Shown: positions 9,117 through 19,241 of the stretch, one piece after another
How the letters are laid out: every line of letters starts with the position of its first letter
How positions within the stretch are numbered: the stretch's first letter is position 1
From: Vulcanimicrobiota bacterium
Lineage (GTDB): Bacteria; Vulcanimicrobiota; Xenobia; Xenobiales; JADMJV01
Assembly: GCA_050250895.1 (NCBI GenBank)
Contig: JBFWNU010000001.1
Coordinates: forward strand, 3,186,981-3,250,980
Reading direction: 5' to 3'
DNA length: 64,000 nt
Notes under the pieces: generated by a model
The model's input: the letters and a program-made list of their open reading frames with translations, nothing else
What the model was told of the DNA's origin: nothing
The model's database searches: none
Position numbers and translations under genes: made by a program

Positions 9117-9502
9117 AAAGCTCCTCTCGCCACTATAGCATAGGTGTCGAGGTCCGGAGTCAATCGCTGCCGGTCTCTAGTTCGGCGGGCCTCGACGATG
9201 CGCCGCACCAGTGCCTCGGGTAGGGGCTTGTCGGGGGTGAAGCGGATGGTGCCGGCGCTGGTCGAAAAGCCTTTCAGCTCAGCCTTGAACTGGGGCACGA
9301 TGGAGGCGCTCATCGGATAGAGGGCGCAATGCTTGCTGGCTGCCCCAAAGGCGACCAGCACCTTCTGGCGGCGGAAGGCCGGGCGCGAGTAGCTGATGCA
9401 TTCGGTGGCCAGGGGGTCGGCCCGCTGGATCTGCTCGCGCAGGCGCTGCAAGGCTTGGCGCTGGTCGTCGGGGAGGGAGTCGAGATAGTCGTCGATGGTC
9501 AC
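9113..9502 (-). CDS. DUF1801/YdhG-like protein
   Basis: GTG 9502 overlapping bdh stop: TIDDYLDSLP...ECISYSRPAF...GTIRFTPDKPLPEALVRRIV. Confidence 0.8.
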   Translation of the reverse strand: MTIDDYLDSLPDDQRQALQRLREQIQRADPLATECISYSRPAFRRQKVLVAFGAASKHCALYPMSASIVPQFKAELKGFSTSAGTIRFTPDKPLPEALVRRIVEARRTRDRQRLTPDLDTYAIVARGAL

Positions 9503-10281
9503 TGAGCGGTCCAGCCGCCATCCATGGACAGGGCCGTGCCGGTCATCTGGGCCGCGCCGGAGCCGCAGAGAAAGACGGCCAGTTCGCCGATCTGTTCGAC
9601 GGTCACGAATTGCTTGGTGGGTTGAGCCGCCAGCAGCACGTCGCGTTGGACCTCTTCTTCGCTGATGCCGCGAGCTTTGGCGGTGTCGGGAATCTGCTTT
9701 TCCACCAGCGGGGTCAACACGTAACCGGGACAGATGGCGTTGACGGTGATGCCGTGCTGGGCCAATTCGAGGGCCACCGTTTTGGTCAGGCCAAGCAGGC
9801 CATGCTTGGCGGCCACGTAAGCGGTCTTGAAGGGCGAGGCCACCAGCGAGTGGGCCGAGGCCAGATTGATGATACGGCCCCAACCGGCCTGCTTCATGGC
9901 GGGCACGGTCAAGCGGATCGTGTGGAAGGCGGCCGAGAGGTTGATGGCCAGAATCTGGTCCCATTTCGCTACCGGAAACTCTTCGACCGGGGCCACATGC
10001 TGGATGCCGGCGTTATTGACCAGCACCTCGACCGGACCCAGTTGGGCCCGGCACTCCTCGACCAGCTGAGCGATGGCCGCCGGGTTGGTCACGTCGGCGT
10101 CAGACAGCGCGGTGCGAATGGCGAACTCGTCAGCCAGCTTGTCGGCCAATTCGTGATTGGCCGCCGGGTCGCCCAGGCCGTGGAGCATCAGGTTGGCTCC
10201 CGCTCCGGCCAGGGCCCGGGCGATGCCCAGGCCGATGCCGCTGGTCGAGCCGGTGACCAGGGCTGTCTTGCCTTTGAGCAT
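9499..10281 (-). CDS. bdhA: D-3-hydroxybutyrate dehydrogenase (SDR)
   Basis: TGSTSGIG, NNAGIQHVAPVEEFP, YVAAKHG, PGYVLTPLVEKQI. Confidence 0.9.
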   Translation of the reverse strand: MLKGKTALVTGSTSGIGLGIARALAGAGANLMLHGLGDPAANHELADKLADEFAIRTALSDADVTNPAAIAQLVEECRAQLGPVEVLVNNAGIQHVAPVEEFPVAKWDQILAINLSAAFHTIRLTVPAMKQAGWGRIINLASAHSLVASPFKTAYVAAKHGLLGLTKTVALELAQHGITVNAICPGYVLTPLVEKQIPDTAKARGISEEEVQRDVLLAAQPTKQFVTVEQIGELAVFLCGSGAAQMTGTALSMDGGWTAQ

Positions 10282-11663
10282 CAGTAGATTCCCGTCAACA
10301 TGTAGAAGGCGATGACGAAGAACACGCTCAGCGTCTTGATGCAGGTGATGGCAAAGATGTCTTTGTAGGATTGGCGATGGCTAAGGCCCGTGATGACCAG
10401 CAGAGTGATGACGGCGCCGTTGTGGGGCAGCGTATCCATGCCGCCGGAGGCCATCGAAGCCACCCGGTGCAGCACATCGGGAGGAATGCCCGCCGCCTGG
10501 GCCTGTTCGAGATACTGGTTGCCGAGAGCTGCCAAAGAAAGCGAGAGGCCTCCCGAGGCCGAACCGGTGATGCCGGCCAGCACGTTGACCGAAACGGCTT
10601 CGTTGACCAGCGGGTTGGCAAAGGCTCCACCGATCCAGGTCTTGACCGCGGCGAAACCGGGCAGGGAAGCGATGACTCCGCCGAAGCCGTATTCCGAGGC
10701 GGTGTTCATGGTGGCCAGCAGAGCCCCCCGCACGGCCAGGTCGACGCCTTCACGCAGTTGCTTGAGGATAGCCGGATAGCCCAGGGCGAAAGTCAGGCCG
10801 ATGCCGGCGACCAGGGCCATCTCGATCGACCAGATGCCGCACATCTTGGCCACTTCCACCTCGTGGCCGCCCACCGTCAGGCCGTTGGCGAAGCGCTGGG
10901 GCAGCCACAGGCTGGCTCCGCGATTGACCAGACCGACCAGCAGCAACGGCATCATGGCAGGGATGGGGTGTAGCTTGGGTGCGTCCGGATCCTCTTTGGT
11001 GGGCTCGTGAAGGTGCCCCTCGCCATAACCCTCCCCGGCCGCGGCCGCCAGTCGACGGGCCCGGTCGAGATAGAGCATGCCGCAGATCAGCACGAAGAGG
11101 GCGCCTACGATGCCCAGCCAGGGGGCGGCGTAGATGGTGGTTCCGAAAAAGGTCGTGGGAATGACGTTCTGGATTTGAGGCGTGCCGGGCAGGGCGTCCA
11201 TCGTGAAAGTGAAGCTGCCCAGGGCGATGGTGCCGGGGATCAGGCGTTTGGGAATGTCGGAATCGCGAAACAGGCTGGCCGCAAACGGATAAACCGCGAA
11301 AGCCACCACGAAGAGACTGACGCCGCCGTAGGTCAACACGGCGCAGGCCACCACGATGGCCAACATCGAGTGGCGAGTACCCAAGAAGCCGACAATCGAC
11401 TTCGAGATCGAGCGCGCCGCTCCCGACATCTCGACCACTTTGCCGAAGACGGCTCCCAGCAAGAACACCGGGAAATAGAGCTGGATGAACACGACCATTT
11501 TGGCCATGAAGACATCCGAGTAGAACGGCAGCATCTGGTCGGGACCCAGCGAAAGCCCCACCGCCAACAAAGCGCACAGCGGCGCCAAAAGAATGACCGA
11601 CATGCCGCGATAGGCCACGCCCATCAGCAGGCCCAGGGCCAGAATGATAATCAGAACGTCCAT
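10281..11663 (-). CDS. GntP family permease (probable hydroxybutyrate permease)
   Basis: LTYGGVSLFVV, PGTPQIQN, GITGSASGG, DTLPHNG; coupled to bdhA. Confidence 0.85.
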   Translation of the reverse strand: MDVLIIILALGLLMGVAYRGMSVILLAPLCALLAVGLSLGPDQMLPFYSDVFMAKMVVFIQLYFPVFLLGAVFGKVVEMSGAARSISKSIVGFLGTRHSMLAIVVACAVLTYGGVSLFVVAFAVYPFAASLFRDSDIPKRLIPGTIALGSFTFTMDALPGTPQIQNVIPTTFFGTTIYAAPWLGIVGALFVLICGMLYLDRARRLAAAAGEGYGEGHLHEPTKEDPDAPKLHPIPAMMPLLLVGLVNRGASLWLPQRFANGLTVGGHEVEVAKMCGIWSIEMALVAGIGLTFALGYPAILKQLREGVDLAVRGALLATMNTASEYGFGGVIASLPGFAAVKTWIGGAFANPLVNEAVSVNVLAGITGSASGGLSLSLAALGNQYLEQAQAAGIPPDVLHRVASMASGGMDTLPHNGAVITLLVITGLSHRQSYKDIFAITCIKTLSVFFVIAFYMLTGIY

Positions 11664-11670
11664 AGCTAGC

Positions 11671-11703
11671 AATCTAATGGGTGGGCGTTACACAGCCGTT
11701 ACA
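11671..11703 (-). promoter_or_regulatory. TGTAAC direct repeat plus -10, probably leaderless
   Basis: Minus strand TGTAAC-N5-TGTAAC-N10-TAGATT-N7-ATG. Confidence 0.55.
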
Positions 11704-11738
11704 CAGGGACGAAGGCCGACCTTGGCCAACCATGCGGC

Positions 11739-12392
11739 ATGCGCTATTTCTCGTGTTGGCTGTTATTGCTCTGTCTGGCCGGCTGCGCCAAGCCGGCCGT
11801 GACCCTGACTTCAAAGGTCGAGGTTCCCGAGCTCTTAGGCGCCGAGTCCACCCGCTTCAAGGTGCACCTCGAGAACGTCGGACCAGAGGTGGCAGAGAAC
11901 GTTGTGGTGTTGGCCAATCTCGGCAAGGAAGTGACCGAACTGCGGGTCGAGCGCCTCGAGCCGGGCCAGAAGCAGACCCTGGAGGGTGTGTTGTCGACTC
12001 AGCCCGGCCAGGGTTCGCTGATGTTTTCGGCCCGGGTGATGGGCGCAGGGTTCTGTTATCGCTCCGAGACCCTCGAGGTGCGTCGGGTCGAGCAGCGGGG
12101 CGGGACCGGCTTGGCCTACATCGAGCCCCTCGAGAGCTACAGCGCCTCAGGCCAGCAGCTTCGCAAAGCGCCGCAGCAGCAACAGATGGTCTCTCCCGAA
12201 GACTTTGGCGAGCATGAGATGGACTCCGAGATGCGCCTGGGAACTCTCGAGCCCGTCGAGCCCTCGGCCGATGTCGAGAACCTGATCGCCCGCGTCGAGC
12301 ACGAGCATTGCGCAGCCAGTCGCAGCATCCTGGAAAAATACCGCCAAAACGGAAACCGCCGAGCGGGAGAGTTCCTGCTCGGCAGCCTGTAG
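11739..12392 (+). CDS. Lipoprotein with CARDB/Ig-like domain
   Basis: LAGC lipobox; VHLENVGPEVAENVVV...LEPGQKQT. Confidence 0.6.
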   Translation: MRYFSCWLLLLCLAGCAKPAVTLTSKVEVPELLGAESTRFKVHLENVGPEVAENVVVLANLGKEVTELRVERLEPGQKQTLEGVLSTQPGQGSLMFSARVMGAGFCYRSETLEVRRVEQRGGTGLAYIEPLESYSASGQQLRKAPQQQQMVSPEDFGEHEMDSEMRLGTLEPVEPSADVENLIARVEHEHCAASRSILEKYRQNGNRRAGEFLLGSL

Positions 12393-12411
12393 TAACTGTA
12401 AGCCGGCGGGC

Positions 12412-13149
12412 TTAGGCGATCAGGGCTTCTTGACCGCCCCCGCCCTGACGCAGTTGGGTGGCAGCGGCCTCGGCAGCGATACCCTCGGCGCGCTCGTCGG
12501 CGACCTGGAGCGGCCGATAGCTGACATCGGCCGGGTCAAGAATGTCCATCGGCCTGGCCGATTTCTCTAGGGGCTCGGCCAGTTTGAGCACGGGCGTGGC
12601 AGCGGCTTCATCAACGCCGCGGTCGGTCTTGAGTTCAGCCACTTTCTCGGGGCCATCGGTGCTCAGTTTGGTGTTGACCATGTTCTCGGCAGCCACGCGA
12701 GTGTGGTCGGGCATATCGGCATTGAGGTCGACGGCGTGATCGCGCGAGTCGAGGGCGCCGATGGCCAGGTCTTCTTCGTGGGTCAGGTCATAGACATCGT
12801 CTTCAGGAGCGTGGACCATCTCGCCGTGCTGGTGAACTTCGCCGGCGCCGACCTGAACATCGCGAGAGTCTTTCTCATTGGTCTCTTCTTTTTTGCGGGT
12901 GCGATTGGCCTGGGCCGATTCGTCGGCCATCGAGGCCATGGCTTCGTCCTGGGCACCGGCCAGCACGCGCTGCTCGTTTAAACGAGCCAGGGTTTCTTCA
13001 TCGAGACTTTCGGTTTGATTGGCTTTGGCCTTTTCGGCTACCAGACCGGTGCGAGCTGCCGCCGTGGCGCCCTGATCGGCGCTGACCTTGCTGAGGTCTG
13101 GTTGGGGAACGCCTCCGGCTGCTCCGGGGTTGAATCTGTTAATCTGCAT
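12412..13149 (-). CDS. Acidic hypothetical protein
   Basis: ORF with GGAGG RBS; no recognisable domain. Confidence 0.7.
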   Translation of the reverse strand: MQINRFNPGAAGGVPQPDLSKVSADQGATAAARTGLVAEKAKANQTESLDEETLARLNEQRVLAGAQDEAMASMADESAQANRTRKKEETNEKDSRDVQVGAGEVHQHGEMVHAPEDDVYDLTHEEDLAIGALDSRDHAVDLNADMPDHTRVAAENMVNTKLSTDGPEKVAELKTDRGVDEAAATPVLKLAEPLEKSARPMDILDPADVSYRPLQVADERAEGIAAEAAATQLRQGGGGQEALIA

Positions 13150-13289
13150 TGAAAGCCTCCGACTACTTTGCTGCGGACTGACCGCATCGTGAACATCTTA
13201 TCACGAATCGGTGTCTCATGGACAATAGACTCTTTCCCTATATGATGTAAACATTTGGACGGGCGGGCAGGGAGCGAAGACTGTGTCGT

Positions 13290-13430
13290 CGAGAAGGGAG
13301 CCCGGGCTTCGCCGAGAGAGGGGAGCGGCGCTTTGCGCCAAGAGGGGAGCGAATTGAGCTGGGGCTCAATTCGGGATTTGGGCTACTCGACGCTTCGCGT
13401 CGTCATGCTGGGGCGGCGGAGCCGCCTTCG
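13290..13430. repeat. Mini-hairpin array with core TCGACGCTTCGCGTCGT
   Basis: Core also found at about 31909, 32202, 44368, 63751 and 63978. Confidence 0.7.
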
Positions 13431-13445
13431 GGTTTTAACGGAATA

Positions 13446-13474
13446 TTGACTTTTTTTCAACTTTTCGGCATAAT
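13446..13474 (+). promoter_or_regulatory. sigma70-like promoter
   Basis: TTGACT N17 CATAAT. Confidence 0.55.
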
Positions 13475-13505
13475 GTGAAAAGCCTAGGAAAGTGAGCTGT
13501 TGCCC

Positions 13506-13646
13506 GTGAGCGATATCCAGATCACCCCTGAAGTCCGTAAGAAAGACAAGGTGCTCGAGCCGGGGCAACTAGAGCTGCTCGAAGCCTTCGCCCTCTCCCA
13601 GGCCGCCGTCGAGGCTACTGCCCTCAGTCGTTTGCGCAACGTTTAG
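13506..13646 (+). CDS. Small hypothetical protein (46 aa)
   Basis: GTG..TAG, MSDIQITPEVRKKDKVLEPGQLELLEAFALSQAAVEATALSRLRNV, downstream of promoter and abutting next ORF. Confidence 0.4.
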   Translation: MSDIQITPEVRKKDKVLEPGQLELLEAFALSQAAVEATALSRLRNV

Positions 13647-13648
13647 AC

Positions 13649-14140
13649 TTGCTACCCGAAATCTCTCTGGAGGCCGGCGAGCTGGCCATCACCGGAGCAT
13701 TCCCCGGGCTCACCCAGGCTGAACTTGAAAAGCGGCTGGGTGAGTCGACCGAGGTCGAGCCTCGGCTGCGCCGTTGGTCCTTTGCTAAAGGCGTCGGCTG
13801 CCTGGTTCGTTTCGATAGTCAGGGGACCGCCGTCGAGGTGCAAGGTTCTCATCTAATGTCTTCGTCTGCTCGAATCGAGCCAGGGGCCACCCGCAAGCAG
13901 GTGGAGGCTCTTTTGGGCGAGGCCTGGCACGAGGGCTTCGGCGACCAAAGCGGCTATCAGCTCTATCTAGAGAATGCCGAGTTTGGCGAAGCTAGCCCGC
14001 TCGAGATGGCACTGGCCATCGTGGTGCATTTCCGCAAAGACAAGCGAGCCTGGGTCTTTGAGCGGGCCGTGGCCCTGCTCACGCCAGCCGAAGATGCTGG
14101 TCCCGCGCTCATCGCAGAGCTAGAGGAAGTTCTGGACTAG
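13649..14140 (+). CDS. Hypothetical protein
   Basis: 163-aa ORF with two G-x-T-xxx-(L/V)E-xxLGE repeats. Confidence 0.6.
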   Translation: MLPEISLEAGELAITGAFPGLTQAELEKRLGESTEVEPRLRRWSFAKGVGCLVRFDSQGTAVEVQGSHLMSSSARIEPGATRKQVEALLGEAWHEGFGDQSGYQLYLENAEFGEASPLEMALAIVVHFRKDKRAWVFERAVALLTPAEDAGPALIAELEEVLD

Positions 14141-14305
14141 GCGGGGATACACGGTTTCGCCCGCCTGGCGAGCGGCCTCTTCCTGGCTCAACTCGCGCTC
14201 GGCATCGGCCAGCACCAGTTCGATCAGTTCGGTCAAGGATAGTGGCATGCTCTCAGAGTAGCCGGAAGGTGGCTATAAACCTGAAGCAAATGTATCGATT
14301 TTGTG

Positions 14306-15322
14306 TCAGGCGCGAAGGTAACCCAGTTCCTCGGCTTTGGCCTGTTGCTCTGGGGTGTCGAACAGTTCGGCACTCTCGCCCAGAGGCTTGTCGGTGAGGA
14401 AGTTGGCCATCGTTTCGACCACCTTGGCGCTGTTTTGGATCTTGCCGTGGCTTTTGAACCAGATGTGGCGGGCGTCGGCACCGGGTAGCTCGGCGGAGCG
14501 GCGAGCTACCACCGAGTCCCCTTTGATCGTGACTCCCAGGCCGCCCGTGGCGGTAGGATAGCCGTTGCCGGTAAACATCAAGAATTGAGCCCGCTCGCGC
14601 TGCAGGCCCCAGTTCTGGTTCAGGGCGTGCAGTTCGGGGTTGGCGGGAGTTCCGTCTTTGTCCACCGTGTCGAGAGTGAGCCAGTGAAGGGTGCGGCGCA
14701 CCTCGGGATCGTCGGTGGGGGGCGAGATGGGAAAACCGAATTTCTCCCGGAAGACCAACTCGAGGTTGGCCAGATACGAGCCGTGGTTAGGCGTGCCCAT
14801 CTGTACCACGTGGGCTACCTTCTCGTCGGGGTCCTGCAGATAGTAGCGGGCGTCGAGCCCGCCCAAGCTGTGCACCACCAGATCGACTTCGCTGGCGCCG
14901 GTGGCTGCGCAAACGGCTTCCACGGCGGCTTTGAGCTCGTCTTTGTTGGTCTCGACGCTATTGAACGAGCGCGAGAAGGCTAGCGCGAACATATTCGAGG
15001 TGGGGTCGAGGTTCTCGAACTTTCCGGCCTCGACCACTCCGCCCCAACGATTCTCCCCGGTGGAAGCCAGCCATTCGCCGACCTTGTCCCAGCGATGAGG
15101 GTTGCCGTTGAATCCGTGCACGAACACGATGGGGCGCTTCAGCTGCGGGGGCGGGTCTTTGGGCAGGTCGAACGGTTCGGGATCGGGGTCCACGAACTGT
15201 GACGGGAAAAGGGCCACCTGAGCCGGGGTGAAAGTATCCTGGGCCTCGGCCGGTGCCATGGGGGCCGGGGCCGAACTCGCTTGATGGACTCTTTTGATCG
15301 GTTGGAACGGGGTGATTCTCAA
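14306..15322 (-). CDS. Alpha/beta hydrolase (lipase/PGAP1-like)
   Basis: PIVFVHGFNG, VHSLGG nucleophile elbow, GTPNHGS, GDSVV. Confidence 0.85.
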   Translation of the reverse strand: MRITPFQPIKRVHQASSAPAPMAPAEAQDTFTPAQVALFPSQFVDPDPEPFDLPKDPPPQLKRPIVFVHGFNGNPHRWDKVGEWLASTGENRWGGVVEAGKFENLDPTSNMFALAFSRSFNSVETNKDELKAAVEAVCAATGASEVDLVVHSLGGLDARYYLQDPDEKVAHVVQMGTPNHGSYLANLELVFREKFGFPISPPTDDPEVRRTLHWLTLDTVDKDGTPANPELHALNQNWGLQRERAQFLMFTGNGYPTATGGLGVTIKGDSVVARRSAELPGADARHIWFKSHGKIQNSAKVVETMANFLTDKPLGESAELFDTPEQQAKAEELGYLRA

Positions 15323-15478
15323 GGCGAGACTCCTTCGGCCCGATCATGGCCTGGGGTCGCGGTCGAGGTACGAAACGTTTTGTTAAAATCCGGACGGGCC
15401 AGACGCCGGACCAAGAGCAACAAGTCGGCAACATTTCAGAGAAACGGGCGGGGTAGGCTGCCATAGAGGAGAGACCCA

Positions 15479-16258
15479 ATGCAGCTGTCATCCATACGTG
15501 CGTTACCCAACTTGCCGCCGGCCCGGGCCACGCGGAGCGCGGCTCCTGAGGCCGTCGAGCCCCAGAGTGCCGACACGGTCCAGATTGGCACTCTCGAAGA
15601 GGCGGCCCGTTTGCCCGTGCTCGATCCGGCTTTCCAAATGGGTCTGGCCGTGGGGGTGCTCTCGTCCTTGATGGGCGGCCCGCGCGAGGTCCCTCCCAAA
15701 GTGCAGCTTGATGTCGCTTCTCATCAGGGTGATGTGGCCGTGAGCGCCCACTACAATCTGGATCTCTCGGCGGCCACGCCGCTGACCGGGTCGGGTCAGA
15801 TCGGCGACCAGACCTTCACCGAGACGGGACGCCTGCAGGACGGCAAGATCCTTTTCGAGGGCCAGGTGGGCCAGGCTCAAGAAGCCCTCGAGATCGAGAT
15901 CGGTGAAGACGAGCGCTCGTTCCATATCAGCGGCAACGCCGGGGCTCTACCAGTCGACCTCGACGTGCAGACCATCCGCAATGGCGAAGGCGCTTTCACT
16001 GGCATTTCGACGGTCGGCCTGGTGGGTGGCCAACGCTATATGGTCGACGCTCTGATCGACTTGCCCGGTTCGGTCATCGCCGGGGAAAACTCGGGAGCCA
16101 TGACCGTTCGCGGCCATATGAACGGCGAGCTGGTGCACAAGAACTACCGCGTTTCGGTGCGCTCGAACGAGGACGGTCTGCTGGTCCAGGCCGACGGCCA
16201 GGGTCTTAACGCCGGGGTTTTCCAGGCAGTGGACGTCCGCCTGCGCGTCTCGGCCTAG
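15479..16258 (+). CDS. Hypothetical beta-rich protein with disordered leader
   Basis: GAGGAG RBS; leader ending ADTVQIG. Confidence 0.7.
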   Translation: MQLSSIRALPNLPPARATRSAAPEAVEPQSADTVQIGTLEEAARLPVLDPAFQMGLAVGVLSSLMGGPREVPPKVQLDVASHQGDVAVSAHYNLDLSAATPLTGSGQIGDQTFTETGRLQDGKILFEGQVGQAQEALEIEIGEDERSFHISGNAGALPVDLDVQTIRNGEGAFTGISTVGLVGGQRYMVDALIDLPGSVIAGENSGAMTVRGHMNGELVHKNYRVSVRSNEDGLLVQADGQGLNAGVFQAVDVRLRVSA

Positions 16259-16310
16259 CTCGTTCTTCTGCTCGACAGGCACTAGCGACTCCTCGGAGAA
16301 AAATCGAGTT

Positions 16311-17078
16311 ATGGGTCGACCGTTGATTATCGGTCATCGTGGCTCGGCAGATGCACCCGAGAACACTATGGTTGGTTTCCGCGAGAGCCTGCGCCAGGGG
16401 GCGCAGATGCTCGAACTCGACGTGCGCCTATCGCGCGACGGAATTCCCTTCGTCATGCACGACAGCACCCTTAAGCGAGCCACCGGGGGCAAACCTGGCA
16501 CGGTCAGCGCGCGAACTTCTCGCCACATTCAGAGTCTGCAGCTCGACGAGGGGGTGACCATTCCCACCCTCGAAGAGGTCCTGCTCGAGCTGTGCCCGCA
16601 GATTCCCATCAACGTCGAGATGAAATTCAACCGTCCCGAGCTACGGCCGCTCGCGCAGGGGGTGGCCCAAGTGATCACCAGGCTCGGTTTTACCCGCCAT
16701 GTGCTGGTGTCGTCGTTTTTTCACCAGTCTCTGCAGATGCTCAAGAAGGTCGCCCCGGACATCATCACGGCCCCGCTCTTTGGCACGCCGACCGGGCCGC
16801 TCCACGACGATGACCTCGACGAAGTTTTGTCGGGTCCGTTGCGAGAAGGCCCCATCGCCCCCGGAGAATTGCCTTTCCGAGGACGGGTGGCGGTGCTGTT
16901 ACATTCGACCGTGACTCCGGCCATCGCCGAGAGATTTCGCCAGGCCCAGGGCACGCTGCTGGTCTACACCGTGGATGCACCGGCTGACCTGGCCCGCATG
17001 GTGGCCCTCGGGGTCGATGGCATCATCACCAACCGGCCGGCCCTGGCCTTTCGGGTGCTCGAAACACTAGACACCTAG
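16311..17078 (+). CDS. Glycerophosphodiester phosphodiesterase
   Basis: IIGHRG, PENT, ELDVRLSRDG, VMHD, GVDGIITNRP. Confidence 0.9.
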   Translation: MGRPLIIGHRGSADAPENTMVGFRESLRQGAQMLELDVRLSRDGIPFVMHDSTLKRATGGKPGTVSARTSRHIQSLQLDEGVTIPTLEEVLLELCPQIPINVEMKFNRPELRPLAQGVAQVITRLGFTRHVLVSSFFHQSLQMLKKVAPDIITAPLFGTPTGPLHDDDLDEVLSGPLREGPIAPGELPFRGRVAVLLHSTVTPAIAERFRQAQGTLLVYTVDAPADLARMVALGVDGIITNRPALAFRVLETLDT

Positions 17079-18049
17079 CGGGGGCGCAGGGGCAAGATGC
17101 AGTGGAGCTCCTGAAAGGCTGGTCGGACCGGGGCCCAGCGGGTCGAGTCGGCGCTGTAGTAGAGGTGGCCCGCGGCCGTGCCGGCATAGAAGAGATGGTC
17201 ACCCGCCGCCATGCTCACGATCGGCGCCTGGGCTGCCGCCGGCAAGGAGGCCGAGGCCAGTTCCCAGTTGTGGCCGCCGTTCTTAGAGCTGAAGACCGTG
17301 CCCCCCTGGTGGTTCGGCTTGTTCACCCCGAGCAAGATGTGGTCGGGATTGTCGGGGTCCACACACAAGGCCTGAGCGTCGAGCCAGGGCAGGCCGTTTA
17401 CATAGTTTTGCCACGACTCGCCCAGGTCGTCGGAACGATAGAAACCGAGGATGGTCGAGGCATAGAGTCGCCCGGCCGCCCCCCGCGGACAGTGCAGCTT
17501 CTTGACCTGGCGGGGCAGCCCCGCGCCCCGGTCCACCCAGGTCTGGCCCCGGTCAAGACTGGCGACCACCCCGCCTACCTCGACGCTGGCGAAAAGCACA
17601 TCGGCGTTGCTCGGGTGGAAGAACAGACTGGTGACCCGCGGCATGTAGGGTGGCTGAGGAAAGGTCCAGTTGTCGGCGCTCTTCACTTTGTTGAAGCTCG
17701 CCATCTTGCTCCAGTGGAGGCCGTTGTCAGAGCTAACGAAGACCGCGGCCGGAGCGGTGCCGGCATACACCGTGGACGGGTCGGACGGCGAATGGGCCAG
17801 CGAATAGACGCTGGTGTTGGTCAGACCTTCGAAACGTGGGTGCCAGGTCTCCCAGTCCTTAGAGCACTGGACCATTCCGTCGACCAGGCCGACGAAGATC
17901 GTGCCATCCGCTTGTTGACCTATGCTTGCGATCTTGTGGCCGTAGAGGCCGTGGGAAATCAGCTCCCACGGCTCGCCCTCCCGGGAGGAGCGCAGCACGA
18001 CGACCCCGTTCGAGGTGCCTACACAGACGATGGGTTTCGATTCTGACAT
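17075..18049 (-). CDS. BNR/Asp-box beta-propeller protein
   Basis: Repeated S-x-D-x-G-x-x-W motifs. Confidence 0.8.
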   Translation of the reverse strand: MSESKPIVCVGTSNGVVVLRSSREGEPWELISHGLYGHKIASIGQQADGTIFVGLVDGMVQCSKDWETWHPRFEGLTNTSVYSLAHSPSDPSTVYAGTAPAAVFVSSDNGLHWSKMASFNKVKSADNWTFPQPPYMPRVTSLFFHPSNADVLFASVEVGGVVASLDRGQTWVDRGAGLPRQVKKLHCPRGAAGRLYASTILGFYRSDDLGESWQNYVNGLPWLDAQALCVDPDNPDHILLGVNKPNHQGGTVFSSKNGGHNWELASASLPAAAQAPIVSMAAGDHLFYAGTAAGHLYYSADSTRWAPVRPAFQELHCILPLRPR

Positions 18050-18161
18050 CAGCGTAGGTTTGTCGACTGATGGGGCTCCTCCTGGTTGGGTCGAAAATCC
18101 GAGGCAAAGGAGAATCGACCACGACCCAGAAGGCAGGCCCGCCATTTAGAGGAGGAACGCT

Positions 18162-19241
18162 GTGAAACGACTTGCCTGGTTATTGCTTTTGACGCTGGTC
18201 GGTCTGGCTGTGCTGGGCGGCTGCCGCAAGAGTGGGGATGGAAAACCGGAGAATAAGGTCGTCGTCTACACACCTTTCCCCGAGATCACCGCCAAGGAAC
18301 TCAAGGACGCCTTCGAAGCCAAGACCGGCATCGAGGTGGTCCAGGTGCTGGAAGGCACCACTAAGGTCTTCGGACGCCTGCGGGCCGAAAAGAGCCGTCC
18401 CAAAGCCGATGTCTGGTATGGCGGCGGTGGGATGATTCCTTTCATCACGGCGGCCGACGAAGGACTGCTCGAACCCTACAAGCCCAAAGGTTGGGAAGAC
18501 ATGCCCGAGACGCGGGGCAACCTGATCTTGCGCGACCCCGAGTTTCGCTGGGTGGGCATGTCGGTGATCGCTCTGGGTTACGCCTATAACCCCCAGGTCA
18601 CCAAAGAGGAAGAGCTACCCAAGACCTGGGACGAGCTGGCCGATCCGAAGTGGAAGGGCAAGATCGAAATGTGGGACCCGGGCACCAGCGGCACGGCGAT
18701 GCTGTTTCTCGATGCCGCCCTCCTGCGTCACATCAACTCGGGAGCCGGCGAGGAGGCGGGCTGGGAATACCTCACCGCCTATTGGAAGAACCTCAAGCCT
18801 TACACGGTCGAGGGCAAGCCGGCCTTCAACGTGGCTCGGGGCGAAACCGCCATCGGCCTACACTTCGAGCATCAGGTGCTGGAGTTTTTCGAAGAGCAAT
18901 CGGGTGGCCAGGTCTCGGGCGCCAGCGACAACATCAAATGGACTCTACCCAAGGATAGCCCGGTGGTGGTCGACCCCATTGCCCTGGTGAAAGGCGGTCC
19001 TAACTCAGAGAACGGCAAGAAGTTCATCGACTTCGTGATGAGCCCCGAGGGCCAGCAGATCGTCAACAAGTTCTTCTTCCCCATCGACAAGAATCTGCCG
19101 CCGCCGCCCAAGCTCGAGGGCTGGACCATCGACCGCCTCGAGGAGCACGCTCAGAAGCTCGATCCCAAGTGGATGGCCGAGAACTATGACCGCATTCGCA
19201 AGAAGTGGCAGAACGAAGTCGAGACCGTTCCCCAGAACTGA
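18162..19241 (+). CDS. ABC transporter substrate-binding lipoprotein (Fe3+/AfuA/PotD-like)
   Basis: LGGC lipobox, ADVWYGG, PKTWDEL, PGTSGT. Confidence 0.85.
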   Translation: MKRLAWLLLLTLVGLAVLGGCRKSGDGKPENKVVVYTPFPEITAKELKDAFEAKTGIEVVQVLEGTTKVFGRLRAEKSRPKADVWYGGGGMIPFITAADEGLLEPYKPKGWEDMPETRGNLILRDPEFRWVGMSVIALGYAYNPQVTKEEELPKTWDELADPKWKGKIEMWDPGTSGTAMLFLDAALLRHINSGAGEEAGWEYLTAYWKNLKPYTVEGKPAFNVARGETAIGLHFEHQVLEFFEEQSGGQVSGASDNIKWTLPKDSPVVVDPIALVKGGPNSENGKKFIDFVMSPEGQQIVNKFFFPIDKNLPPPPKLEGWTIDRLEEHAQKLDPKWMAENYDRIRKKWQNEVETVPQN

